Notes: generated by a model from the sequence alone, not told the origin. A stretch of 64,000 nt of DNA from a virus (IMGVR_UViG_2609460327_000001:64001-128000), one strand, 5' to 3'. Shown: positions 28,429 through 38,807, counted from the stretch's first letter. Program-made: numbers and translations.

Positions 28429-29805
28429 ATGGCAATTACTCGTTTTCGTGGTGAACAAATTAGAGATGCCGTATTGAAAAACAGCCATATTGCCGATGAT
28501 GCAGCCATTGCTGAGTCGAAACTGGCGGTTAACTGGGAAGAGCATTATCAGACGGCACTAGAAGGCAAGAAAGTTGCCGACTACATTCAAGTCATTGCGA
28601 CAGATGTATCCGGCGTAGCCAATCTGGATGTCTCTGAAATCATTCCGGCAACCGTGCCAAACGTGTTGTCTGACCCACTTTCCGGTGAAGGCGTTATCGT
28701 TGATGCGCCAAAGAATAAAGTAATCCTCCGTGACGTTGTAACCGGCGAACCGGTTCTGGATGATAAAGACCAAGAAGTATTCGGTCGAATGACTTTCGAA
28801 GGCGGCGTCTTCGTTCTGAAATTCTACTCTCCTGACGGCGCAGGTGAAGTTCCATTCACAATGCCTGAAGGACAGAAGATCGACTGGCAATACCTGAAAC
28901 GCTTCAACCTTCAGACGGTTTCGGAGATGTTCGCAGCGAACGAGAAGTTTGCTGAAGGTACGGCTGATGCAACAGCTCACCTGAACATCAACCAGCTGGC
29001 ACAAGACCTTTACGGCGCAGGGTTCTCTCTGGATCGCGATGGTAACGGCAACTTGCCTAAAGCAATTGTTCAGCAAATCGCAGATGAGATTCAAGCTCGT
29101 ATTGCTGCTGATCAGGCAATCCGTACTGACTTCGCAAGTAATGAAGCTGGCAAAGGTGCAAGCACCATTGGCGTACAGGATGAAGCTGGACACTTCGCAG
29201 GCGCTACGGTTGAAGCAGTACTAGCTGAAATCTTTGAGGCTCTTACTGGAATCTCAAACGGCGGAACTACAACTCAAGTTGAAGTAGATGCTGCTCGGGT
29301 ATCCACGCTTACTGGCGAACATGAGGCACTGAATGATCGTCTTGAAGCTGACGCTGCTGCTCTTGCTAAGCAAGTAGCAGATGAGAAGGAAAGAGCTGAG
29401 GCGGCCGAAGAAGCACTCGCTGGGCGTGCGACTGATCTGGAAACAGAAGTCACAGCAGCACGCGGTACCGCAGAAACCATCGATGCTCGCCTGGATCGCG
29501 CTCTGAATGAAGATGGAACGCTTAAGGCAGGTAAAGATATTCACCGTCACCCTAAAGCAGTTTATGTCGCAAACGGCGGAGAATCTGTTGTACAGCTTGC
29601 TGACTTCAACGTAGAGGATCTGCCTCCTTATCAAGTCGGAGACATGACGCTTGACGTTTATATCAACGGTGGCTTGCAGCATGAAGGGCTCAACTATGCA
29701 GAAGTTGCTGGCGGCTTGTCGATCAACTTCGATGTTGGCGACGGAACGACTCTTATTACAGGCGACTTGGTAACAATCAAGTATCAAGTCAACAACGTAG
29801 AGTAG
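28429..29805 (+). CDS. Fibre-like virion protein with coiled coil
   Basis: Ala-rich heptads, EV.AAR repeats, C-terminal VYING module. Confidence 0.65.
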   Translation: MAITRFRGEQIRDAVLKNSHIADDAAIAESKLAVNWEEHYQTALEGKKVADYIQVIATDVSGVANLDVSEIIPATVPNVLSDPLSGEGVIVDAPKNKVILRDVVTGEPVLDDKDQEVFGRMTFEGGVFVLKFYSPDGAGEVPFTMPEGQKIDWQYLKRFNLQTVSEMFAANEKFAEGTADATAHLNINQLAQDLYGAGFSLDRDGNGNLPKAIVQQIADEIQARIAADQAIRTDFASNEAGKGASTIGVQDEAGHFAGATVEAVLAEIFEALTGISNGGTTTQVEVDAARVSTLTGEHEALNDRLEADAAALAKQVADEKERAEAAEEALAGRATDLETEVTAARGTAETIDARLDRALNEDGTLKAGKDIHRHPKAVYVANGGESVVQLADFNVEDLPPYQVGDMTLDVYINGGLQHEGLNYAEVAGGLSINFDVGDGTTLITGDLVTIKYQVNNVE

Positions 29806-29847
29806 CACAATTTCCCCTCGATTATGAGGGGATATACATAAAAATGA

Positions 29848-30444
29848 GTGAAGGAAGGCATCGCCATGAAGCACATTGGAGAATATGCGAAGAACCAAGA
29901 GATTATCTTAGAATTATTGACCTATGATGAAGAAAGCATGCCCATTCCTGCCGATTTCTTTCCCACTGCAATCGTTGAGTATTATAGCTCAAATGGTCTT
30001 ACTCAAGTGGCCCATGTTACACTTGAAGAAGCAAAAAATGGCTTATATATGAAGAGTTTTACTGTGCCTGAAAGCTTTACTACCGGGCATTATGTAATCA
30101 CTTACGAAGCAACAATTGATGGAGAATTATATACAGTCTTAGAGCGATTTAGAGTCATTGGCTCCAGTAATGATTCATCGTCTACACCTACCCAAAAAGT
30201 AGCAGTATCTGATCTTACTATTCTTACTCCTTCAGGACTTCCGACAACGGTCGTGATGGCGGGCGGGCCTGTGAAGCTCGCAGTCGTTCGCATATGGAGT
30301 CAGGATAAAAAGACGCTGATCGATACGATATCGACAGATGCGCAAGGTCACTGGCATACATCATTGTATCCGGGGTCCTATCAGTTCGAATTTATACATC
30401 CGAACGGGACGCTGCTGCGAACTTTAGAAAAGGTGGTGAAATGA
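29848..30444 (+). CDS. Hypothetical structural protein
   Basis: Beta-rich ORF in operon. Confidence 0.65.
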   Translation: MKEGIAMKHIGEYAKNQEIILELLTYDEESMPIPADFFPTAIVEYYSSNGLTQVAHVTLEEAKNGLYMKSFTVPESFTTGHYVITYEATIDGELYTVLERFRVIGSSNDSSSTPTQKVAVSDLTILTPSGLPTTVVMAGGPVKLAVVRIWSQDKKTLIDTISTDAQGHWHTSLYPGSYQFEFIHPNGTLLRTLEKVVK

Positions 30445-31256
30445 TGGACATTGGATACAAAGACTATATTCCTCCTAGTATGTTCGGAATGAATGTAAAT
30501 TTCTTTGTCATTCTGGATGACGGAACGGAGATTACGCTTGAAGATGCGAAATCGGCGGGTCGAGGGATTCGAAAGCTTGTAGTTAAACCAGTAGATTCTA
30601 TACTCCTGAATCACAACTACACTGTTGTGGTGGACGGGGTTAAGAATGCAGATGGTGACGCTTTAGAAGAGCCTAGTGTCTCCGTAATCAGTACAGAGTT
30701 CAGCCCATTGTATGCTAAGCCGGTAGAGCTAAGACCATTGCTTCGTCAGTTGATGAGTTATTTCACCGTATACGAATTATACGTTGCCCTGCGAGATGCC
30801 GGCCAAAAAGCTCATCAGCTTCAAGATATGATTATCGATGCGAACAACAATAGATATGACTTACTAGAAGAGCGTGATACTTCTTATTACCCTACTCAGA
30901 AGTTTGTCGTGTATGAAGCAGCGATTAATCTATTATCCTCTTTGCTTGTTACTGTCATGGATCAGCAAAACATCGGGAACCCAAATGAGACCATTAGTGT
31001 TAATGGGGGAGACGAGGTTCAGCTGGGCGATTTCCGAATTGTTCCGGGAGGATCTTCTTCTACCACTTCAAGCGGTAACTCAAGTGCAACTGTTCCGATC
31101 AACCTGATCAAGCAGACACTTGAAACCTTGTCTGGAGATCATAAGTTCTGGATGGACGCTATGATGGGACGCAATAAGCGCGGATACGCAACGCCAGTTA
31201 GCGCTTCGATGAAAGTAAATAACGGCGCGACACCAGACGACAGAGGTCTTGAATAA
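30441..31256 (+). CDS. Putative head-tail adaptor (neck) protein
   Basis: Synteny; V.LGDF.I segment. Confidence 0.5.
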   Translation: MMDIGYKDYIPPSMFGMNVNFFVILDDGTEITLEDAKSAGRGIRKLVVKPVDSILLNHNYTVVVDGVKNADGDALEEPSVSVISTEFSPLYAKPVELRPLLRQLMSYFTVYELYVALRDAGQKAHQLQDMIIDANNNRYDLLEERDTSYYPTQKFVVYEAAINLLSSLLVTVMDQQNIGNPNETISVNGGDEVQLGDFRIVPGGSSSTTSSGNSSATVPINLIKQTLETLSGDHKFWMDAMMGRNKRGYATPVSASMKVNNGATPDDRGLE

Positions 31257-31738
31257 TGAGAGACCTTAGAGAAGATCTAGCGAAATTTTTCGATAAATAT
31301 GCTCACAATGTCGTTTATGTTCGTCGTGATCCACGATTCCGATGCGCTTGCTATTCTGAACGAAGCGGTGAGCCAACCAGCAATTGTCCTAAATGCTTCG
31401 GGACTTCCTATGTCGTATCAATGGAGAAAGTGAGAACCAGAAGAACACTTAGTTCTGTTCCGGAGTCACTGCCAAATACGAATAGATCCGCTGCATTTGG
31501 TAGCATGGTGCCTAAGCAGTATGTCTACTACTTAGAACACGATATCAATCCGAAAGAGAATGATCTTATTCTAGAAGTCCAATGGGACAAGGGCATGCCG
31601 GTTCGCATTATGCAAAAGCACAGTATAAGTGTAGCTGAGCCACTTTACGGCAAAGGCGGTCGAGTGGAGTTCTGGGTGACTTATCTGAAGCATTCAATGG
31701 GGGAGGCGGGAGACAATGCAGCCCTCACCAAATATTGA
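31256..31738 (+). CDS. Putative head-closure (neck) protein with a Zn site
   Basis: RCAC...CPKCFGT motif; synteny. Confidence 0.55.
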   Translation: MRDLREDLAKFFDKYAHNVVYVRRDPRFRCACYSERSGEPTSNCPKCFGTSYVVSMEKVRTRRTLSSVPESLPNTNRSAAFGSMVPKQYVYYLEHDINPKENDLILEVQWDKGMPVRIMQKHSISVAEPLYGKGGRVEFWVTYLKHSMGEAGDNAALTKY

Positions 31739-32756
31739 TTATTTTCAACTTCCTCATATCTATTCCAGTGTAAACCTGGCGATAGGTAAACGAATCATCG
31801 TTCTTGGGGAATCTACCAAAGGATCACTTTATGATCCCATTGCAGTTACCAGTGTAACTTTAGCAAAGAAAGTCTTTGGCGAAGGACCATTAATAGAGCG
31901 CTTCAAAGATTTATATCTAGGTGGTCAAGTGGGAGCCTATTTAATGAGAGTTGAACGTAATGCGTTACAAACATCGCTTAGTACACTCCTTAAATTCCCC
32001 TTCGATCTCATATACATTGACGGAGTATACTTTGATACTCATCCGGAGGCCATCCAAAAATTTATTCAATTTGCCCAGGATAAAGAGTATCAAGGTCAGC
32101 TAATACATGGATTCTTCGACGTTAAAGACCTGGATTCAATGGAAAGCATCCGAACCATCTATTCAGATATTAAGTCTCTTACGCAGACAACTGAGAACGG
32201 TGATGAGGAGCTTGGTAAATACTTTTCAGTCGTGTTTGATCAAATGAAAGATCATCATGCGGCAGCGGTATACGCCGGGCTTGTAGCTTCATTGAATCCA
32301 GAAAAGAGCCCTGTTAATAAGACACTAAATGTGGAATTAAAGCAGGAGCTATCAAAGGAAGATATGCAGGAGCTAAGTGCTGCTGGAATCGTCTGTTTTA
32401 AAGATAGCTTAAAAAAAGGAGTCGTCTGTTCCTCCTCAAGTTGTGCGGTCGCTACATCCAGTAGTGCAAGCAAGCATATTTCCAATCTTCGAATTGCACA
32501 GTTTCTTATTCAAGAAATTGCTGATCGTCTTCAAGAATACGTAGGCAGGATCGGCATTGAGTATATCATTACCGAAGCCGAAGCAATCATACAATCGATT
32601 GCAGAAAGCTATATGGATGCTCAGCGAATCAAGCGATACGATTACACGCTGGAACCGGATAGGCTGAGGGGAGTCATCAACATTGAAATCGAGATCGTTC
32701 CTATTTTCTCAGTCTATACAATGACACAGACTTCTCAGGTAAGGGTGAGAACATGA
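31716..32756 (+). CDS. Short tail-sheath paralog
   Basis: IIVLGES.KG....P..V......VFGEG N-terminus and a sheath-like C-terminal fold pattern. Confidence 0.65.
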   Translation: MQPSPNIDYFQLPHIYSSVNLAIGKRIIVLGESTKGSLYDPIAVTSVTLAKKVFGEGPLIERFKDLYLGGQVGAYLMRVERNALQTSLSTLLKFPFDLIYIDGVYFDTHPEAIQKFIQFAQDKEYQGQLIHGFFDVKDLDSMESIRTIYSDIKSLTQTTENGDEELGKYFSVVFDQMKDHHAAAVYAGLVASLNPEKSPVNKTLNVELKQELSKEDMQELSAAGIVCFKDSLKKGVVCSSSSCAVATSSSASKHISNLRIAQFLIQEIADRLQEYVGRIGIEYIITEAEAIIQSIAESYMDAQRIKRYDYTLEPDRLRGVINIEIEIVPIFSVYTMTQTSQVRVRT

Positions 32757-33388
32757 ATCTGAATTACCCAACTGGCTATGATCCAAAGAAAGATCCGTAC
32801 TTGGATAATCGTCTCCGCGCAGATAAACCCATTACCTTTCTAGGATTCATTGATGAAATGAATAAGCTCTGGAAAAGGGCGGAGAAGAAAGGGTCAATTA
32901 AAAGACACTTTCCAGTGAAAGACGAGGCTGAAGTTCCTCTCATTACATTTCGGCTGATCAGCCGAGTAATCGATCCTGACTACAAAGATCGCAAGCCTCG
33001 TCTACGAGCGCAAATTCATCATCCATATGTTCCGGGTGAAATAGTGGAGCTATGGGGTCAAGTGTTTCTATTCACTATTCAGTTCGATGTGCATGCTCTG
33101 ACTGCTGAGGAAGCAGATGAATTAGCAGGAGAGTTAGAAGATTTCATCTTTATGTACAAAGGATATTTCAAACAGAACGGTGTTCATGAACTAACGTTCT
33201 TACAGCAGCTTGAAGATCAGGTGAGTTCGGACACAAGGGTCAATGTGCCCATACGTCCGATTCAATATATTATGCGATTCGAGAAGATAACTCCAAAATT
33301 CCTTAATCGCATCGAGCAGATCGCGGTCAGAACAAATGACCTTGACGCTCAGAAAACAAGTCAGCAACCCTTTAAGGAGGATGAATAA
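32753..33388 (+). CDS. Putative tail terminator/completion protein
   Basis: IQFDV.A.T.EEADEL...LE pattern, immediately before the sheath gene. Confidence 0.55.
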   Translation: MNLNYPTGYDPKKDPYLDNRLRADKPITFLGFIDEMNKLWKRAEKKGSIKRHFPVKDEAEVPLITFRLISRVIDPDYKDRKPRLRAQIHHPYVPGEIVELWGQVFLFTIQFDVHALTAEEADELAGELEDFIFMYKGYFKQNGVHELTFLQQLEDQVSSDTRVNVPIRPIQYIMRFEKITPKFLNRIEQIAVRTNDLDAQKTSQQPFKEDE

Positions 33389-33390
33389 AA

Positions 33391-36162
33391 ATGGCAACTA
33401 CTGAAAAGTACGAAAATCTGCCTGGTGTTAAAGTAACCTATGAAGACGGTCAATTGTTTACCGGCAGCTCTCAGCAAACTGCAACTACTCAGTCCAAACT
33501 GATTATCGGCAGTGCAGTGGATGGTCCAACTGGCGAGCCAGTATCTGTCCGTGAACTCGGCATCAAAGAAGTGGACAAGCTATTTGGTGGCATGCTTGAT
33601 CGCACTACAAAAGAACCGAATGGTTCCTCTCTGGTTCGAGGCATGTACGAATCTATTCTAGCTGGTAACGATGACATTCGCTTGATTCGTGTAGACGGTA
33701 AATCCGCTCAAACAGTTTTGAATGCGAAAGACCTTGCCCGCGCTACAGAGCAGTTCCTTGATTATGCAAAAGGAAATACTGCATTCTCTGCTAATCTGAA
33801 GATCCCTGAAAATGGACGTTTTGTTGGTGAGGTCACAGTGTCTGAGATTGATAAAGATACTGGCGTGTCTAAAGTAATTGCAAATGCAATTCGCAATGTC
33901 GATACTTCTATCGCTGGCCAAGAAATAGCATACTTCTATGCTGATAAAATGCGTCCTGGTAATACAGTTAAGATGTCATTTGATTACGAGAATTATGTAT
34001 ACACTATGGTTCCTAAAGCGGACGAAGGTGGAGTGCCTGATTACACTGATCCAGATTACACATTGAATCGTGATGTACAGGAAAACCACTATTTCTACTC
34101 TTCCCGCAGAAACTGGTCAGACAAGCTTGAAAGTGGACACGTTCCAGTTGTTGTTGTAAAAGACAATACTACTGGCGTGGTTGCAACGATTTCTTCCACG
34201 ACTCCTACAGGAGAATTGATCTACCGTGTAGGTAAAGGATTTAACACGGCAAATCCACTTACCGATCCGGTATCCGCTAGTGATTACAAAGATGGCGGTA
34301 TCTTCTTCACAGCAGCTTATGATGCTGAAGTAGCGAAAGGAGTATATCCAGATATCACAGGCAACGTAACTGTTACTGTTGAGTATGCTTGGTACTCTTC
34401 CTTTGCGAATAAAACAGAAGTGACTGCAACTGTTCCTGGACAGGATACTCCTTACAACCTGAACTACACTCCAATGAGTGATCAGTTCTCTATCTTCTAT
34501 ATGGAAGGTCAAAACAAGGTTGTTGTTGATCCAGCAGGATACGGTTTGGATATCTCCGATAAGCAAGTGACCATCTTTGCAGGCGCTGTTCCAGTAGGCG
34601 TTCAATTGTATGCAGGATACAAGACATCCAGCAATACAGCAAGCGATCCTAAGTTGTTCGTTTACGGCAAATACGATGGAGAAGTTTACGGAAGCCTGAC
34701 GGATCCATACGATCCAACGACTCTTCGAGGTGTTCGAGTTGAAGTTCAAGTTGACCCAGAAGATCCAGCTGGCGTAGAGAAGGTCATTATCTTCCACAAG
34801 CCGACTGAGAAAAAGCTTACCTCTCAGGATAACGCGTTGAGATATAAAACAAAGGCGCTGACAGCAGTACGCACGCTTCGCCAACTGGTTCAATATGTCA
34901 ACACTGATCCAAACAATAACGTTGTTCGACTCTTCTGCCCGAATGAGTTTGGTAGCGTAAGAGTTCAAGGATTGCTTGAAACAGCTCCAACGTACCTCGG
35001 TGAAGAAAGCCCAGGCGTAATTAAAGAAGACCCAACTCAAGCCATTGATTCTCCAGATCGTTTCCCATGGCTCGGACAAAACGGGCTCTTTGATCCTACG
35101 AAGCCAGCAGATATGGCTAAACTTTATGAAAAGCTCGGCGGCACTTATGAGTCAGACGGTTTCGGAAATATCAAGCTGACAAGCCAAGGTATTTACAACC
35201 GACTGGAAAACTATGCTGTTGACGTTATCGTACTGGTAGATGCTTATGCAAACAGCATTATCGATCCACTGGCACCTGAGAAGAACTTTGCAACACAGCT
35301 GGCGCAGCACTGTGCGGTTGTTACTGCGAAGACTTATGAAACCATCGGTGTTATTAGTATGGCCCCTGCTCTCGAATCTACTCTTCTGGCTGTACAGGAA
35401 TATGTAGACATCTCTACTGGTGTAGAGACTCTGATCACAGATGAGCGGAAGAAGACATATGAAAATGCGGGTATCCGTTTGGACTATGTGAACATGCACA
35501 GCATGTTTAACGAAGCTACGCATGAATATGTGCTCAACGAGAAGGGTGAGACCATTGATGTTGGTCGATATGTGAGTGTTGTGTTTGGTCCAGAAGTAGG
35601 GCTTACAAGCGACCAAGTTGGCAACTATGTTGCGCCGGGTGCTATTGTGTACGGTTCCTTGATCACTACACTGAATGCTGAAGTTGCAACGACTAATAAG
35701 CAATTGCCTTCTGTATACGGTCTTCGCTATCGCCTTTCCGAAGGACAGCATAACCAACTGATTGGCGGACGTTATGTAACGTTCGATACGAAAGCTTTCT
35801 CGACTACAGGTACGAATCGCGCGGTTTCAGTAAAAGACGGGGTAACAGCTGCTCGTCCAAACTCTGACTATGGTCGTCTTTCTACCATCCGAATCACTCA
35901 CCTGTCGGTACAGCTGGTTCGCAGAAAGGCTGAACCATATATCGGATTACCAAATGGTCTGGCTCAGCGAAATGCATTGTCTGCTGAGATTCAAGCAGGG
36001 CTCGATGCACTGAAAGAAAATGGAGTTCTTCAACGCTTTAACTTCGTTATCTTCTCCAGCGCTGCCGATCAAGTCCTTGGCAATGCGTTTATTACGCTAG
36101 ATCTTGTTCCGCAGTTCGAACTGAGAAACTTCAATGCTTCTGTAGTTTTGAAAGCTTCATAA
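33391..36162 (+). CDS. Contractile tail sheath protein
   Basis: LPGV.V..., LIIGSA.DGP.GEPV and C-terminal LS..RI......R....YIG.PN. Confidence 0.85.
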   Translation: MATTEKYENLPGVKVTYEDGQLFTGSSQQTATTQSKLIIGSAVDGPTGEPVSVRELGIKEVDKLFGGMLDRTTKEPNGSSLVRGMYESILAGNDDIRLIRVDGKSAQTVLNAKDLARATEQFLDYAKGNTAFSANLKIPENGRFVGEVTVSEIDKDTGVSKVIANAIRNVDTSIAGQEIAYFYADKMRPGNTVKMSFDYENYVYTMVPKADEGGVPDYTDPDYTLNRDVQENHYFYSSRRNWSDKLESGHVPVVVVKDNTTGVVATISSTTPTGELIYRVGKGFNTANPLTDPVSASDYKDGGIFFTAAYDAEVAKGVYPDITGNVTVTVEYAWYSSFANKTEVTATVPGQDTPYNLNYTPMSDQFSIFYMEGQNKVVVDPAGYGLDISDKQVTIFAGAVPVGVQLYAGYKTSSNTASDPKLFVYGKYDGEVYGSLTDPYDPTTLRGVRVEVQVDPEDPAGVEKVIIFHKPTEKKLTSQDNALRYKTKALTAVRTLRQLVQYVNTDPNNNVVRLFCPNEFGSVRVQGLLETAPTYLGEESPGVIKEDPTQAIDSPDRFPWLGQNGLFDPTKPADMAKLYEKLGGTYESDGFGNIKLTSQGIYNRLENYAVDVIVLVDAYANSIIDPLAPEKNFATQLAQHCAVVTAKTYETIGVISMAPALESTLLAVQEYVDISTGVETLITDERKKTYENAGIRLDYVNMHSMFNEATHEYVLNEKGETIDVGRYVSVVFGPEVGLTSDQVGNYVAPGAIVYGSLITTLNAEVATTNKQLPSVYGLRYRLSEGQHNQLIGGRYVTFDTKAFSTTGTNRAVSVKDGVTAARPNSDYGRLSTIRITHLSVQLVRRKAEPYIGLPNGLAQRNALSAEIQAGLDALKENGVLQRFNFVIFSSAADQVLGNAFITLDLVPQFELRNFNASVVLKAS

Positions 36163-36167
36163 TCATC

Positions 36168-36200
36168 TGGTTTGGTATAGTACAACACACCAAACCAAAC
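36168..36200 (+). repeat. GTTTGG..TATA..AAAC intergenic element, copy 2
   Basis: TGGTTTGGT (36168-76) and ACCAAACCA (36189-97) form a perfect IR. A second hairpin TCCTGGGGT..ACCCCAGGA follows. Confidence 0.6.
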
Positions 36201-36247
36201 TCCTGGGGTTTAATTACCCCAGGACTAATATAAAGGAGTGAAATTTA

Positions 36248-36971
36248 ATGGCTATTAACGCAGGCACTAGCATGGAGAACTACACACGCTCGTTTAGCTC
36301 CTTCGCTGGTTCAGATAATCGTCGCAACATTCAATGGACGACTCATTGGTGAACTCCAGGCGATTACTTACTCCGTTACTCGTGAGGTCGCACCGATCTA
36401 CACGATGGGGTCGCCAGATGCCCGCTCGTTCTCCCGTGGTAAGCGCGGAATCAGCGGATCGTTGGTATTTACTCAGTTCGACCGTGATGCTCTGCTTAGC
36501 GAAATGGAAAAAACGTATTCCGGCGCACCGGCAATGCAAACCTTCCAGCAATACAAAGCAAACATGGATGATGACTTGATCTTCGGTCTGAAAAACACAG
36601 AACGCGGTTATGGCATTAGTGCATGGGATGATGAAATGACTCGTCTTGGTTATGCGAAGACAGGAGCCAACACATTCGATGATTCTAACCTGACTGGCTT
36701 CTATGTTCCAGAATACGCTGACCAATTGATGCCATTCAATATCACAATCACTGGTGCCAATGAGTACGGACAGCGCATGGGTATGGAAATCTACGGTATT
36801 CAGGTCTTGAATGAAGGTTCTGGATTCTCTGTAGATGATGTTATTACTGCTAAGGCGTATACGTTCGTGGCCCGCAAGCTGAAAGGTGTTCGTCCGAAAG
36901 ACAACCTTCGCAATGAAGGCTCTGACGGTATGATTTCCACTGTAGGCGATTTGTTCAGAACGGTACTCTAA
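36248..36971 (+). CDS. Major tail tube protein, interrupted by a 1-nt frameshift at ~36317
   Basis: ATG 36248 (RBS AAGGAG) reads ...FSSFAGSD and stops at 36352. The +1 frame continues IVATFNG..IGELQAITYS..RE, matching paralog 37036 (FTSYSGSDIVAT...GEL..ISYS..RE). Confidence 0.8.
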
Positions 36972-36976
36972 TGGAC

Positions 36977-37008
36977 AAAGGGCAGCTCCAAAAGGGCTGC
37001 CCTTTTTT
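36977..37008 (+). terminator. Intrinsic terminator after the tube gene
   Basis: AAAGGGCAGC-tccaaaagg-GCTGCCCTTT followed by Ts. Confidence 0.85.
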
Positions 37009-37035
37009 ACATACTTATAGGAAAGAGGTGCCACC

Positions 37036-37521
37036 ATGAAAAGAGCGAACAACGGCTATATGCATACGTTCACCAGTTACTCCGGTTCAGATATTGTAGC
37101 CACTATTAATATGCCCGGAAAAGGGCCGCAAGTATTCGGTGAACTATCCACTATTTCATATTCTATATTCAGAGAGAAGTTTCCGGTTCGAGCACTAGGA
37201 AGAAGCAGTATGAAAGGATTCACTAGGGGGATGCGCACGATCACTGGCGTGATGAGTTTTACGATGTTCGATGAAAGCATTGTTCTTCAAGCAATGGAAG
37301 AAGTGAAAAAGCTAGGATACAACATGCTTATGGATGAGATGCCTATGTTCGATATCACCATTTCAATGGCAAATGAGTTTGGAGCAAAAAGTGCACTGAC
37401 GATTTATGGTGTTACAACTTATACAGAAGGCATGTCTTTAAGTATTAACAGCTTGCTAACCGAATCCGTCTATGAGTTTTATGCTCTCGATATTGATCCA
37501 ATGAGAAGGGTGATTAAATAA
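37036..37521 (+). CDS. Tail tube paralog 2
   Basis: SGSDIVAT, GF.RG.R.I.G and FDITI..ANE.G are shared with the major tube protein. Confidence 0.75.
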   Translation: MKRANNGYMHTFTSYSGSDIVATINMPGKGPQVFGELSTISYSIFREKFPVRALGRSSMKGFTRGMRTITGVMSFTMFDESIVLQAMEEVKKLGYNMLMDEMPMFDITISMANEFGAKSALTIYGVTTYTEGMSLSINSLLTESVYEFYALDIDPMRRVIK

Positions 37522-38288
37522 TGGCCATTTATAGTTCAAGGAGAAAACCATCCCCTCAAGGGAATATTTATAAACGCCCCGACAATCGAGTAGAGTATCA
37601 GATCTTTAATGAAGATTATTTTTCAGGAGCAGACGTCAACTTATTCTTCGGAGATATTTGGGTGGACGAAGCGACATCTATTCAGTTTGCGCTGAGTGAG
37701 CAGGTGCTACCTGTTTACGGATATCATTCCTATACGATGGATACGGTTGCCCGCGGACAGAGAATGGTTCAAGGACAGTTCAGCATCAACTTCAAAGGCG
37801 TAGGATATCTGAAAGAAGTGCTGAAGAATGCAACAGCAATTAATTATGCGGTCAGTCAGGCACAACAGGAAGGTGTTATTAAGAAAGAGGATTTCAAGAA
37901 GTATAAGCTGGATGAGATTCTAACGATGTATGGCAAGGAGAGCTTTGAACAGATCGCTGAGGAGTATGAAGCGGCTTTATGGGGCACATCTGAGGATGAG
38001 TCTATGTTGACTAATCCCTATACGACGTTTTTCCCTGCTGATCCATACGGCTTTGATATCAAGATTAACTATGGTGCAGTCAGTGAGTCCCTAAATCCAG
38101 GGACACAGTTCTTTACAACTGCAGGAAGTTTTAGGACTCCTGCAAATGTGACAGTTGAGACAGTGAACGGAGTGCAGCTTAATGGCTTGTCCAAAGTCGG
38201 CATCGGCACTGCCTTTGAAGGGCAGCCCATCACAGAAGTTTACAATTTCATCGCCAGAGATATAAATGGTCCTTTATATGTAAGGTAA
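37521..38288 (+). CDS. Tail tube paralog 3 (tube initiator-like)
   Basis: FSGADV, P.YG...ARGQR.V.G and FDI.I. Confidence 0.7.
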   Translation: MAIYSSRRKPSPQGNIYKRPDNRVEYQIFNEDYFSGADVNLFFGDIWVDEATSIQFALSEQVLPVYGYHSYTMDTVARGQRMVQGQFSINFKGVGYLKEVLKNATAINYAVSQAQQEGVIKKEDFKKYKLDEILTMYGKESFEQIAEEYEAALWGTSEDESMLTNPYTTFFPADPYGFDIKINYGAVSESLNPGTQFFTTAGSFRTPANVTVETVNGVQLNGLSKVGIGTAFEGQPITEVYNFIARDINGPLYVR

Positions 38289-38295
38289 AAGCAAG

Positions 38296-38320
38296 TATAA
38301 TAAAAATGTAATGCGTTACA
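38296..38320 (+). promoter_or_regulatory. TATAAT followed by the palindrome TGTAATGCGTTACA
   Basis: TATAAT at 38296-38301; palindrome at 38307-38320. Confidence 0.6.
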
Positions 38321-38339
38321 ATATGATTCAAGAGAGGGA

Positions 38340-38807
38340 TTGCAGATGGAAGAGCCAACGCTTTTTGATATGGATGAGGATACAAAGGAAAAAGAAAATC
38401 TCCCTGTAGATCAAGATACAGGTGTAAAAGCTGAAGAAGAAACGAAAGAAGCAGTGCAGCAAGGATATACAGAAGAAGAGTTGAATAGTCCGGTTTTTGA
38501 AGGAGGACCAACTCGGAGAACCGTTGAAGAATGGAAGAAAAAGCATAAGACAATTTACTTTACTCCTTTCCCAGATGGGGTATATATCTGGCGAATTTTA
38601 ACTCGTCCAGAGTATCGAAATATTATTGAAGATAAAGCTCTGAACACCATGGATCGTGAAGATCATATGACTAGCACTTGTCTTCTGTATCCTAAAATGA
38701 CGCTCGAAGAAGTTAGGTCGGATTCCGCAGGAAGACCAAGTGTATTGTCCGAAATGATTATGTCAAAAAGTGCATTCGTCGCCCAGTCGGCGCCAATCCA
38801 ATTGTAA
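38340..38807 (+). CDS. Tail assembly chaperone 1
   Basis: Between tube and tape-measure genes; WK....I.......WR.L.R.EY motif. Confidence 0.7.
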   Translation: MQMEEPTLFDMDEDTKEKENLPVDQDTGVKAEEETKEAVQQGYTEEELNSPVFEGGPTRRTVEEWKKKHKTIYFTPFPDGVYIWRILTRPEYRNIIEDKALNTMDREDHMTSTCLLYPKMTLEEVRSDSAGRPSVLSEMIMSKSAFVAQSAPIQL

